Origin: a virus
Lineage: Duplodnaviria; Heunggongvirae; Uroviricota; Caudoviricetes
Length of the DNA: 52,157 nucleotides
Virus record (IMG/VR): IMGVR_UViG_3300026549_000047
Span: 1-52,157 of that record
Reading direction: 5' to 3' (one strand)
Both the position numbers and the translations under genes were made by a program. Position 1 is the stretch's first letter. Each line of letters starts with the position of its first letter. Positions 18,977 through 28,110 of this stretch are shown here, piece by piece. Under the pieces are notes generated by a model. It did no database searches, was not told the origin of the DNA, and saw only the letters and a list, made by a program, of their open reading frames with translations.

Positions 18977-20373
18977 TTTCTTCCTCCTTTATTTCTTGTT
19001 CAAGTTCAGCGGGGATTGGATTAGGACCAAATACCTCGTCTACCATACTCTGTGCAAACTCTGTATAAGCCTCCTTGATTTTCTGGAAACGCATAGGAGT
19101 AAGTTTACCTGTCTTTTGCATCTCCTGGAACGCCAAGCGATATGGAAGCTGAAGCTTTTGTGCACTAAGTCTCAGGTTCTTGGAAATAGAACTTGCACCA
19201 GTTAATGTATTGATCTGTTTACCAGCCAGAACTTCTTGAGTGAGACCAGAGAAAATCTGATTAATATCAGCTAGGAACAGAGACTTGAGTGTTTTTAACG
19301 TCTCTGGATCCATATTCTCGGCGCCACCCATCTGTTTAACAACTTGTTTATACTCTAAGAAAAGTCTACGGAATCGCATTCTAGTAGACATTTTCGTTGC
19401 ATAACGAAGTCTTTCTTTAATAGTTGCTACAGAAAATTCTTTTTCAGCGGGTTGTTTTATTTCCGCTGTTTCAGAAGCTAATTTTTCCTCTAGAACAGTG
19501 GTATCAGTTTTATCTTCAATGATAGTTGTAACACCGTTCGTACTAAACTCTTTTGCTTTTAATTTAGTAAAAGAGCCGTTAATTTTACTAGACTTAGCAA
19601 CATCCCCAAATTCAGAGAGATCAGAGAATGTCTTTACGGTGAGTTCCTCTGCCTTGACGGAAAATGTTTTCTCCTGTCCATCAGGAATAATCTCTGTCAC
19701 TGTTGCATCAACCCAGCTAGGGTTTAACGTAATGTCGAAGCCTTTCCGAAATTTATATACTCAAGTATATTAACTAGATCATATCATTCTAATTTCATAT
19801 ATGATCGTTGAACCTATTTTTCTAGGATGCTGATAATCTTTTCTGACTTCCAGCAATTAATGAGATTTTCTAAGACCAAGTCTTAGGCACAAAATCTATG
19901 CGAACTAGCTTCTTAAGTACATCAGTACCTGTTTGCTGACTATCCCAATACCCAAGTATGATAGCGCTTACTCCTGGATAAACATTATTTTCCAACAAGC
20001 CCCGAAGCCTCTTGATATTTTGGACAGCCTCATCATCCATGACTTTTTCGTCTAGGATAGTTGCCGTACACCACACCCACTGATCATTATCAATCCAGAT
20101 ATTGTCAATATAGTGTGTAGGGGCAGTGTTATTTCCAACAAGAAGAAGATTATCCTCTCGCCCGATTGAATTGGCGGCTGCAGGATTAAAATTAGTCTTC
20201 AGCCCCGTTTTTCCTCTGGAAATATGGGTACATGCGCCCAACAGTTTGTGTGATGCAATGGCGTTTTTAGCTTCTTCGCTGTTTAACCAGCTTTCGAAAA
20301 CTTCACGAGGTACGATGCTCCCATCACTAGCAGGAACACCACCCACGCTTAAAAGTTTAACTTTAATCTGCAT
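18963..20373 (-). CDS. Prohead maturation protease (T4 gp21-like), two exons: 20373-19898 and 19746-18963, 419 aa spliced
   Basis: His (GACTH) and GVSA motifs in exon 1. The exon 2 frame KGFDITLNPSW supplies the conserved FD...PS motif. Exon lengths 476+784 nt = 420 codons. Confidence 0.8.
19747..19897 (-). ncRNA. Minimal ORF-less group I intron (151 nt) in the protease gene
   Basis: P1 GCAU/GUGC with U.G at the 5' splice site; P4 UGCUG/CAGCA; P7 GAUCAU/AUGAUC; P9 AUAUAC/GUAUAU; terminal G; splicing restores the frame. Confidence 0.8.
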
Positions 20374-20391
20374 ATTATTGCCATTCTTTAT

Positions 20392-22197
20392 TTAATTATT
20401 ATATAAACTCTCATAATCGATTAGAGTATACGGATCAACATTATTAAAAATAACCTCTGTTAAAAAGTTATCAACTTTATCAAATGTATCTAAAACATAT
20501 GGAGTTTCGACTAAGTCGGGGTTATTTGATAAATTACAGAAATCTCTTAACTGTTTATCTCTTAATTTTTGTAGCTCAAATTCTTTCTCCTCTCTATTCC
20601 ATATATTTCTCCTATTTGAATAATGTTGGATTCCGTGATATTCTATGATTACTTCCCTATTATCAAGTTCTATAACAAAATCTGCTATGATAGAATTTGT
20701 TATTCTAGCAGTAAATATTGGATCTTTATAAGTTACTTGTTTTCGATAACTTATATTATGATTTTCGATCCAAGTTCTCACAAGAAGTTCTCCACTAGAC
20801 TCTTTCAATTGACCTATTAATCCACAAAGCATCTCTCTAGGGGTTCTTTCAAATTCAATCCCTGTTTCTGTATCCACAACAATTACTTTGTTTTTAAGTC
20901 CTGTGTATATCATTTTAGAGAAATCGTATCTAGGACTATACATTCCCTCTAATTTCCTTTTTATTTCTTCTGGATCATGTAAATACAGCTCTCGGAAATA
21001 CTTATTTCGACACTCTGGGCAACCTTGTCCACCTAAGTGTCTATATGGCTCTTGTAAAAATGATTTTTGACAACTATTACACCATATTTCTACTGGCGTA
21101 TTAACATCCCAAAACTTAACAAGATGATATCCGTATTTATTGCCATGGATTTTTACAGACCTATTGACAAAATCTTGTTTCCTCTCTTCTCTATTAATAG
21201 AATAATGTAAGAAACTAGCTAGAGAGGGAGGATAACTTAGCCTTTTTACTGAACTACTGTAAGTAGTTCTCCAAACTTCGTTATAGGGTTTTCCGGTTTT
21301 TGGATTATTCTCTTCTATAATTATATCTACATAGGTATAATCTTCTGATTTTATTTCTTTTGGTAAAAGATCAAAATTGAATTTATATAATATTATTCCA
21401 GCCTCTTTTCTGCGCTGTACAAAATCAACTATAAAATCTTCTTTTACCATACAATAGTCGGGCTCATAATATGGGTCTTTTAGCAGATTTTCCGCAATAT
21501 ATTGTTTTGTATAATATCCCACATTTCCATAGTAATATTCAACTTTCTTTTTAGCCCATAGAGGAGACCCTATATCTTTAGTGTCCAATTCTAATAACCA
21601 ACGACATTCCCAAGAAAGATAATCCAGGCCGTTACTAAGTAATCTTTTCTTTAAAATATTTCCGGAAGGAAACCATGTTCCTAATTCAGGTACAAAATAG
21701 AACCTTCTTCCGTGATCTTTGTTTTTCCCTATATGAAAAAGGGCAGTCATTATTATTGGTTTATAGAGATCTATAGGAACTAGTTTATTATTTATTTTGC
21801 TCTTTTCTCGAATACTTTCAAGTTGTGATTTTTCAAATTCCTTGAAAATATAGTAATCTTTCATCTTACTACTAAATCGAGTTATTCTTTTCCTAATGAT
21901 CTGCCCAGTCGTCCCTTCGTATCTTGCCATATCTAAAATAGAAAACCCTTTCTCTTTTAGTGATAAGTATAAATCTATTTTAGTAAACTCTAAATACCTG
22001 CTCCTAGTTGTACCTATAATTTTATCTATGAGCATATTCACGGTTCGCTGTGAGGCTGAAGGGATGTTAAAATACTTCGCACCTATTTCAGATGTAGTTA
22101 CATTGTCTATTATTAATTTCTTAAGCTCTGTTATTTTCTCTTCTGTTAAATAATAGTCAATGTCCACTTTAAATACGCTGTTAGTTACTTTCTTCAT
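20392..22197 (-). CDS. Free-standing homing-endonuclease-like protein (zinc knuckles, C-terminal PD-(D/E)xK domain)
   Basis: HLGGQGCPEC and IADFVIELDNREVIIEYHGIQHY motifs; same family as 4558-5769. Confidence 0.7.
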   Translation of the reverse strand: MKKVTNSVFKVDIDYYLTEEKITELKKLIIDNVTTSEIGAKYFNIPSASQRTVNMLIDKIIGTTRSRYLEFTKIDLYLSLKEKGFSILDMARYEGTTGQIIRKRITRFSSKMKDYYIFKEFEKSQLESIREKSKINNKLVPIDLYKPIIMTALFHIGKNKDHGRRFYFVPELGTWFPSGNILKKRLLSNGLDYLSWECRWLLELDTKDIGSPLWAKKKVEYYYGNVGYYTKQYIAENLLKDPYYEPDYCMVKEDFIVDFVQRRKEAGIILYKFNFDLLPKEIKSEDYTYVDIIIEENNPKTGKPYNEVWRTTYSSSVKRLSYPPSLASFLHYSINREERKQDFVNRSVKIHGNKYGYHLVKFWDVNTPVEIWCNSCQKSFLQEPYRHLGGQGCPECRNKYFRELYLHDPEEIKRKLEGMYSPRYDFSKMIYTGLKNKVIVVDTETGIEFERTPREMLCGLIGQLKESSGELLVRTWIENHNISYRKQVTYKDPIFTARITNSIIADFVIELDNREVIIEYHGIQHYSNRRNIWNREEKEFELQKLRDKQLRDFCNLSNNPDLVETPYVLDTFDKVDNFLTEVIFNNVDPYTLIDYESLYNN

Positions 22198-22250
22198 TTG
22201 TACATATACTGCATCCCGAAATCGTAATCCTCTTCTGATAAATTTTCATT

Positions 22251-22286
22251 AAAAGGAGGAACTCCGTAGCTACTCAAAGCTCCTCC
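22251..22286 (-). terminator. Probable terminator
   Basis: GGAGGA/TCCTCC stem followed by TTTT on the minus strand. Confidence 0.45.
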
Positions 22287-22396
22287 TCGGTTGTACAAAT
22301 GAAGTTTTATCAGAAAACATGATTTCTTCGTCAGTTTTCCTTTGTTCTCACAACTCGATCGAACGACCAGGCTCTTATTTCAAGACCACTGTGAGA

Positions 22397-22681
22397 TTAA
22401 TCTTTATGTCTTTTCCGAATTTCTTCTTTGAACTTTTTAAATTCGTTATCTTCAAAAGGTTCAATAAGTTTTCTTTCCTCCTCCTCTGGCATTTTCTCGC
22501 CAGTTCTTCTTTTATATTCTCGAATCTTTTTCATAGCTTCGAAAAATCCTGGACAACAGATATAATAGTGTTCACTATTGATTGCTTCATTTATTTTTCT
22601 CAGCTGATATTCCTGCTCTGATGTTGGATCTCCTTTTCCTGCCCAAACAAATCTATCTTTTTCTTTATCCATAGTTCCCAT
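22397..22681 (-). CDS. Hypothetical charged protein
   Basis: 94 aa; its ATG lies inside the stem of a three-way-junction element. Confidence 0.6.
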   Translation of the reverse strand: MGTMDKEKDRFVWAGKGDPTSEQEYQLRKINEAINSEHYYICCPGFFEAMKKIREYKRRTGEKMPEEEERKLIEPFEDNEFKKFKEEIRKRHKD

Positions 22682-22726
22682 AATCTGATCGAACAGTATA
22701 AGTCATATTTCAACTTAATTATGGGA
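22676..22726 (-). repeat. Three-way-junction element copy 1
   Basis: TCCCATAAT/ATTATGGGA stem, AAGT-loop-ACTT, CTG-TTCGAT-CAG, then GAACTA. Confidence 0.75.
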
Positions 22727-22753
22727 TTTATATTCACCTTGCCAAGTTTACGG

Positions 22754-22969
22754 TCAAAGCAACAATAGATTTAATCCAATTCCGCTAGCCATCCCTAAGG
22801 CATCAAATCCTAAGTCAAGCCAACACCAATGACCACCATAGACTTTATCACACCACTCTTTCGTAATGGCAGCACCTAAGGCAGCAGAGAAACCATACCA
22901 ACCAGTTAGGGAAAGTGCAAAGCAAATTCCGAAATGTTTGGCAGAATTCCAATCAATATGAATTTTCAT
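22754..22969 (-). CDS. Small membrane protein, YfiM/DUF2279-like
   Basis: KHF...KEWCD...WLDLGFDALG pattern. Confidence 0.55.
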   Translation of the reverse strand: MKIHIDWNSAKHFGICFALSLTGWYGFSAALGAAITKEWCDKVYGGHWCWLDLGFDALGMASGIGLNLLLL

Positions 22970-22991
22970 TTATCTTCTTTCCAAGTATTAT

Positions 22992-23462
22992 CTACTTGAA
23001 ATCTATTAAAGGATTCTTTTTGACTTCTTTTTTATACTTCTTGAAGTCTACTATCTTCTTAGCCTCTTTATCCATGCCATTATTTTTGAAAGCTTTGTAC
23101 ATATCTACTACATCCCCCGTTTCGTCGGCATTAAAATACTGCCCATTTTTGCCAGGCTTAGACTTAGGGACTACTCTAGATTCTGCATAACCACCATGCC
23201 CTAATTGACGTTGAGTTCTTACAGCAGCTGCTTCTGAAAGTTCTCTTGAGGTTTTCTCGATACCCTTTTTAGATAACTTTCTATCAAGATTAACTGCCTC
23301 TTCTGCGACGATGTTGTGATGTCTTCCCTTTTCAGCAGCACTTTTTAGATGACCAAGATATCCTCCACCATTCTCTTTAGTTCCTATCTCTTTGAGTATA
23401 TTAGACTTCTTAACTAATTTGAATGCTCTAGAGGTGAATAATTTATTCCTCAATATAATCAT
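22992..23462 (-). CDS. Leader-bearing basic protein (MIILRNKLFT)
   Basis: 156 aa with leader. Confidence 0.8.
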   Translation of the reverse strand: MIILRNKLFTSRAFKLVKKSNILKEIGTKENGGGYLGHLKSAAEKGRHHNIVAEEAVNLDRKLSKKGIEKTSRELSEAAAVRTQRQLGHGGYAESRVVPKSKPGKNGQYFNADETGDVVDMYKAFKNNGMDKEAKKIVDFKKYKKEVKKNPLIDFK

Positions 23463-23503
23463 TTCTCTCCTTATACTGAGGGATTACTGTCAATTTTAGC
23501 TTT

Positions 23504-23545
23504 TTGCCCCCCCCCCCCAGTATTCAAATTTAAGTGGGAGAGCAA
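23504..23545 (-). promoter_or_regulatory. G12-tract hairpin 1
   Basis: C12 at 23507-23518 on the plus strand; TTGC/GCAA outer stem; 45 nt before the ATG at 23462. Confidence 0.65.
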
Positions 23546-23551
23546 CAGTTT

Positions 23552-23803
23552 TTATTTCATCAATCTAGAAATCTCCTTAGCGAATTCTTTATCTGACATC
23601 TTCGTAGCTTCTGCTCGACCAATTCGCTTTAAAGCAGCTTCTCTAGTATTCTTTACTTTGTCCGAGTTGTAGTGACCTGGCTTACTCCACTCATTGACCT
23701 TCTTTAAGTTAGAATCCAAAAACTCGACGGCTTTGGGTTTCATTCCTTTTATTCTTCTCTTTGCCAGGTCTTGAATAAAGTCTGCCTTTCGTTTAATGAT
23801 CAT
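23552..23803 (-). CDS. Leader-bearing small basic protein (MIIKRKADF)
   Basis: 83 aa. Confidence 0.7.
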   Translation of the reverse strand: MIIKRKADFIQDLAKRRIKGMKPKAVEFLDSNLKKVNEWSKPGHYNSDKVKNTREAALKRIGRAEATKMSDKEFAKEISRLMK

Positions 23804-23920
23804 ATCACCAACTCATCTTTAGACTTATTGATCGAACAGAACCAGTTGCCTTAGGAAGAATAAATTTTCTCCTAAGTATTCTACGAGCAGGTTCAAGTCG
23901 ACCAAAGAAGTTTTTAGTCA

Positions 23921-24415
23921 TTACTTCATAAGTTTATGTGCTGCCAATAATCCTCCAGCAACACCTATTGTACTTCCAACAAGACCTCCAGCTTTCGAAT
24001 AATTACCAGGATGCTTTTCTGGATTTGCTAGGACAGCTTTGTTCTGATTTATGAGACCATGAATTCCATTAATTATCTTCTGCTTATTTTTATTTAGAAG
24101 ATTATAGTCATATTCGTCGGGGTCATCCCAATTCATTCCATACTGGTTAAGAAATGGTAATATATCATCGTCGCTAGTTAGTTTTCCGATATTTCTACCA
24201 GAAATAGTATGAGTGTTAAGATATTTAATCAAATCCTCTCGGGATTTCAATTGATCCTTTTGAGATTTAATATCTTTCTCATTAAGTGGTTTCTTGAATT
24301 TAGCTCCAATTTTTTCACCAATCCGTCCACCAACTAAACCACCAGCTACATATCCAGTACCGTATCCTAATACTTTTCCAGTTGTTGAAAAGTTTTTATT
24401 TCTTAGGATTATCAT
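23921..24415 (-). CDS. Leader-bearing glycine-zipper protein (MIILRNKNFS)
   Basis: 164 aa; GxxxG segments at both ends. Confidence 0.8.
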   Translation of the reverse strand: MIILRNKNFSTTGKVLGYGTGYVAGGLVGGRIGEKIGAKFKKPLNEKDIKSQKDQLKSREDLIKYLNTHTISGRNIGKLTSDDDILPFLNQYGMNWDDPDEYDYNLLNKNKQKIINGIHGLINQNKAVLANPEKHPGNYSKAGGLVGSTIGVAGGLLAAHKLMK

Positions 24416-24854
24416 TTTTCTTCTCTTTTATTTTCTTAGCCAATTTAGAAGTGGCTCCAGCCCCAACCAAAGCAAGACTAGCAATCTGTGCTTTCTTCAT
24501 TCTCTGGAAGGGCTTATTTCTCCTAACTGTCCTTAAAGCCATTTCATAACCACGCTCAGCTTCTTTCTGTGCTAACTTTTTTGCCTTAGCTTTCAACGAG
24601 GCCTTGTACTTCTCTTCCTGACCAGTTGCTCTGGCCATTGCTAGGTCGATGGCGTCTGGTTTGATTGTTTTATGAACCTGTATATCATTTCCAACCCTCT
24701 TACCACCAACTTTTTCGGCTGCTTTATCGAGGGCCTTGTTTATGATATGTTTTTGAGCAATCCCCGTTCCAACAATTGTTCCGGCTCCTGCTGCAATGGC
24801 TACATTTTCAGCTTTATCTTTTTTAGAGAAGAATTTATCTCTAAGTATTATCAT
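24396..24854 (-). CDS. Leader-bearing basic protein (MIILRDKFFS)
   Basis: 152 aa; 20-bp overlap with the next leader. Confidence 0.8.
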   Translation of the reverse strand: MIILRDKFFSKKDKAENVAIAAGAGTIVGTGIAQKHIINKALDKAAEKVGGKRVGNDIQVHKTIKPDAIDLAMARATGQEEKYKASLKAKAKKLAQKEAERGYEMALRTVRRNKPFQRMKKAQIASLALVGAGATSKLAKKIKEKKNDNPKK

Positions 24855-24873
24855 TTATTTAACAAATATTTAA

Positions 24874-25638
24874 TTAAACCACTCTGCTATTCTTGACTAA
24901 CTTAATGGCGCTTAATAAACATTCACAATACTTTCTCATATCAAATCCAGTATCACCATATTTATTATCCCACGCATCTAATCTATTAGCTAGTAGTTTA
25001 TTGTACTTTGGGTCAAAATTGATTTCTATTGCCCCAAATAAGTCATTATCTTTTATTCTCCACTCTTTGCGAGGATTATATGTTCTATCTTGAACATACC
25101 ACGCTTTCCTATCGAAATCCCAAAGATAGACTAGTTCATTACCAAAGGTGAATAAAACTTCAGCATAATCACCAGCACCCTTAGCACTAGGATCTGACAT
25201 ATAGTCTTCTCTATATGATCTGATTTCTTCAGGTTTAGCCAACACCATAAAACTTGGGAAACATTTCCAGATAAACTTTTGCCCTTCCTCAGGAACAGAT
25301 TTCAAAATTCGAAAATTGTAAGAAGATAATGCTGCTAATTTAGCATATTCCTTAATCTCTTTACAATATTCGTTAAAATTAGCATCCATTGGTACGTCAG
25401 AAAATTTCTTTTCAAGAGGACCGTGATCACCTTTACTGTGATCATTGCTAGTACTACCTGTTGCTGAATGTTTTTCTTTGATACCTTTAATGAAACCAAC
25501 CATTGCACCAAGAATAGTTCCTGGCCATAAGAAGTATAATTTAGCGTTCCCGCCGATAGGTATTCTAGGAGTAAACTTCTTTGCCCAATCAACAGTACTA
25601 GACCAAATACTAAATTGTTTATTTCTTAGAATTACCAT
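24874..25638 (-). CDS. Leader-bearing protein (MVILRNKQFS) with a TM segment, an internal KKFS site and a globular C-terminal domain
   Basis: 254 aa. Confidence 0.8.
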   Translation of the reverse strand: MVILRNKQFSIWSSTVDWAKKFTPRIPIGGNAKLYFLWPGTILGAMVGFIKGIKEKHSATGSTSNDHSKGDHGPLEKKFSDVPMDANFNEYCKEIKEYAKLAALSSYNFRILKSVPEEGQKFIWKCFPSFMVLAKPEEIRSYREDYMSDPSAKGAGDYAEVLFTFGNELVYLWDFDRKAWYVQDRTYNPRKEWRIKDNDLFGAIEINFDPKYNKLLANRLDAWDNKYGDTGFDMRKYCECLLSAIKLVKNSRVV

Positions 25639-26209
25639 TTTTAGCCTCCTTCTTTTTCTCTTTAGCTAACCATTTATTAAAATCCTCGCTAGCCTGCTTG
25701 CGTCTTCCAAGTACGTCTGTTAAAGTCTCTTTACCTTGTTTTTCGTACTTCTTACCAAGACGCTTAGAGTTTGCATAACCGGCTACAGCAGCAGTAGTTG
25801 CTGCACCAATAGCAGCCCCGGCTTTATTGTTAGCTGCAATACCAGGGAGTGCTCCCAATGCTGCTCCTGCAACAGCTCCCGAGATAGCTCCACGCTTTGC
25901 TCCTTTTTTCTTAGCATAGGCGCTAGAGTCTTTGATAATTTTCTCATCAGATTCTACAATAGGACCATCTTTATGAAAAGCATTATCTATCTCCTTTACA
26001 TCTGCATGGCCTTTTGCTATTTTTCCGCCCTTCCCTGCTTTCTTAGTATCATAGCCGAAAATGAACAACGCTTGTTTTCCAGTTTTCTGATGCATTAAAT
26101 CGTTAGCAACCATTGCTGATCTAAAACCTGGATCGTTAGGAGATATCGTTCCATATTTTCCATCAGCTTTAATGTCCCTAGAGAACTTTTTATTTCTAAG
26201 TATAATCAT
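25619..26209 (-). CDS. Leader-bearing glycine-zipper protein (MIILRNKKFS)
   Basis: 196 aa; GAISGAVAGAALGALPG segment. Confidence 0.8.
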   Translation of the reverse strand: MIILRNKKFSRDIKADGKYGTISPNDPGFRSAMVANDLMHQKTGKQALFIFGYDTKKAGKGGKIAKGHADVKEIDNAFHKDGPIVESDEKIIKDSSAYAKKKGAKRGAISGAVAGAALGALPGIAANNKAGAAIGAATTAAVAGYANSKRLGKKYEKQGKETLTDVLGRRKQASEDFNKWLAKEKKKEAKNGNSKK

Positions 26210-26256
26210 CCCTTTTCTTAATCAGGAGAGGGAAGATTATTGTTTATTTCAGTTCC

Positions 26257-26295
26257 ATTACTCCCCCCCCCCCTTGTTTAAAGTTTGGGAGTAAT
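26257..26295 (-). promoter_or_regulatory. G11-tract hairpin 2
   Basis: C11 at 26263-26273; ATTACTCCC/GGGAGTAAT stem; 54 nt before the ATG. Confidence 0.65.
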
Positions 26296-26312
26296 TTCCT
26301 TTATTGTCCTAG

Positions 26313-26360
26313 TTCCTGTAGTCTAATCGAATAGTAGAACCTAATAGTTCGCTACAGGAA
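26313..26360 (-). repeat. Three-way-junction element copy 2
   Basis: TTCCTGTAG/CTACAGGAA stem, GAAC-loop-GTTC, CTA-TTCGAT-TAG. Confidence 0.75.
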
Positions 26361-26370
26361 ATTTTATAAT

Positions 26371-26883
26371 TTAATCTTTCTTAAATTTCTTTCTATTGCC
26401 AGTTACTTTGTCATAAAGACCAACACCCTGTGCAACAGTAGTACCTACACCACCGAAACTTCCGGTAAGTGCCTCTGCAGTACCTGCTAGAACTCGACCA
26501 GTACTGTGGTGCTTTCCCCTATTTTCGAGGTATTCACGAATCTCTTCAGTCGACTTTCCTTCCTCAGCCATCTGCTCGGCCTTCTTCTTTACGTAAGTTG
26601 AAACACCGGGAGCGAACAAGCCCTTGAGTGCATAACCAGCCCTCTTTTTCTTGTAGTCCTCCTTGTTATCGTAGCCATACTTAGCAGCTTCTTTAGCTTG
26701 ATAGCTACCGGGAGCAAGAAGTCCAAGTGCTTTAGATTTTGCACCATACTCTCTTTGCTCAAGTGTCTCGGAATAGAGTTTCAGATATTCCTCTTCTGTT
26801 ATGATAGAGTCAGCACTAAACAGCCTCTCCTCTCCAGTCTCTTCATCAATTGCTGAGAAGTAAACCTTTCTTTTAATTAACAT
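26371..26883 (-). CDS. Leader-bearing protein (MLIKRKVYFS) with internal RLFS and QREYG sites
   Basis: 170 aa. Confidence 0.8.
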   Translation of the reverse strand: MLIKRKVYFSAIDEETGEERLFSADSIITEEEYLKLYSETLEQREYGAKSKALGLLAPGSYQAKEAAKYGYDNKEDYKKKRAGYALKGLFAPGVSTYVKKKAEQMAEEGKSTEEIREYLENRGKHHSTGRVLAGTAEALTGSFGGVGTTVAQGVGLYDKVTGNRKKFKKD

Positions 26884-26921
26884 CTCTTTTAATTCAGTTC
26901 GGAGAGGGTGTGGTTATGTAT

Positions 26922-26967
26922 TGCTACTATCCCCCCCCCCGGTTAAACGAATTGAAGGGATGTAGCA
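26922..26967 (-). promoter_or_regulatory. G10-tract hairpin 3
   Basis: C10 at 26931-26940; TGCTAC/GTAGCA outer stem; 48 nt before the ATG. Confidence 0.65.
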
Positions 26968-26979
26968 TTTAATTAGTCT

Positions 26980-27456
26980 TTATTTCTTTTTCTTTCTTAG
27001 CTTTAGCGTCTGTTTTACGAGATTCTTCTTTCCCTCGATTTCATCGTTGGGAATATATCCATGATCGTATCCATAACGTGAATCTTTATTGGCGTTTTTC
27101 ATCAAAGATTTTGATATTCCTTCTCCTCGAGGACGACCTAGTGGACCTATTTCTTTGCCACCAAATATAGGTGATTGTTGACTTCTAATAGCCTGTGCAC
27201 CATTACCTAATTGACTGGCCCTAATATTTATCCTATCATCGACACTACGTTTGGCTGTTTTAAATGTTTTACTAATACGTCTACCTTCTTTACGGATAGC
27301 GTTACTTACATCTTCTATTTTCAAAGCCTCCTGTAACCGTCTTCTAGGTACATTTGTATCGATATTAGGAGAAGATAAGCCTTTCGCTAAATCATAGGCC
27401 TTTCTAAGGGCTTTTTGCGCTTTACTCGAAAACTCCTTATTTCGAAGTATAATCAT
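26980..27456 (-). CDS. Leader-bearing basic protein (MIILRNKEFS)
   Basis: 158 aa. Confidence 0.8.
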   Translation of the reverse strand: MIILRNKEFSSKAQKALRKAYDLAKGLSSPNIDTNVPRRRLQEALKIEDVSNAIRKEGRRISKTFKTAKRSVDDRINIRASQLGNGAQAIRSQQSPIFGGKEIGPLGRPRGEGISKSLMKNANKDSRYGYDHGYIPNDEIEGKKNLVKQTLKLRKKKK

Positions 27457-27493
27457 TCTCTCTTTTTGGTATCAGAGGGAGATGATTCTTTTG

Positions 27494-27543
27494 TTTACGG
27501 CCCCCCCCCCCGATACACAACTTTCAAAAAGGGAGACAGTAAA
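27494..27543 (-). promoter_or_regulatory. G11-tract hairpin 4
   Basis: C11 at 27501-27511; TTTAC/GTAAA outer stem; 45 nt before the ATG. Confidence 0.65.
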
Positions 27544-27550
27544 TTTTAAT

Positions 27551-28030
27551 TTAATTAGGCCTTACTTCCATTTTCATCCTACTAAGACCGTTCCAAGAGC
27601 TATTATCTAGTTCTCTTATGTCGCCAGTTTCTTTAAAACCTAGCTTTTCATAGATATGTTTAGCATCTGGAGCATTTCCTGGAACTTCTAACTCCAATAT
27701 TTTAAATTTCAACTCCTTAGCTAAACTTATGCACCACTCAATCACACTGGTAGCATATTTATTACCTCTATGACTTTTGTTAATATCAATCCAAGCGACT
27801 TCCATAGAGTCTTTTCCAGATTTTCTTAAGTGAAGACTTCCAATATTATTACCATCCTTTATAATACTGTAGTAGATAAAGTCTTCTGGTTTTTCCCGGA
27901 TTGATTGAACATATTTATTTAGAATTCTATGAGACTTAGGATAACTGCCCTTCACTAAACTAAGTCCATTAAGTAATTCTACTTTCTTAGGACACTTAAG
28001 GGCAAAGCATCCATTCCGCAATACTATCAT
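27551..28030 (-). CDS. GNAT-family acetyltransferase with leader (MIVLRNGCFA)
   Basis: Acetyl-CoA motif A (IDINKSHRGNKYAT) and motif B (AKHIYEKLGF). Confidence 0.8.
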   Translation of the reverse strand: MIVLRNGCFALKCPKKVELLNGLSLVKGSYPKSHRILNKYVQSIREKPEDFIYYSIIKDGNNIGSLHLRKSGKDSMEVAWIDINKSHRGNKYATSVIEWCISLAKELKFKILELEVPGNAPDAKHIYEKLGFKETGDIRELDNSSWNGLSRMKMEVRPN

Positions 28031-28055
28031 ATCTTAAGTCTCTTTAGTTATTAGT

Positions 28056-28099
28056 TCCCTGAGTTACATCGAAGCATAGACCTTTACGTCTCTCAGGGA
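28056..28099 (-). repeat. Three-way-junction element copy 3
   Basis: TCCCTGAG/CTCAGGGA stem, AGAC-loop-GTCT, TGC-TTCGAT-GTA (G.U pair on the minus strand). Confidence 0.75.
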
Positions 28100-28110
28100 T
28101 ATACTCTGTA

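Noticed and set aside
18963-20373. Two separate genes, or TAG read-through (alternative genetic code), for the protease
   Set aside because: A group I core with exact frame restoration explains the split. Other long ORFs are intact under code 11, so recoding is not needed.
23820-23880. Possible eighth three-way-junction copy (TG-ATCGAA-CA)
   Set aside because: The loop matches but no convincing closing stem or GAACTA tail was found.
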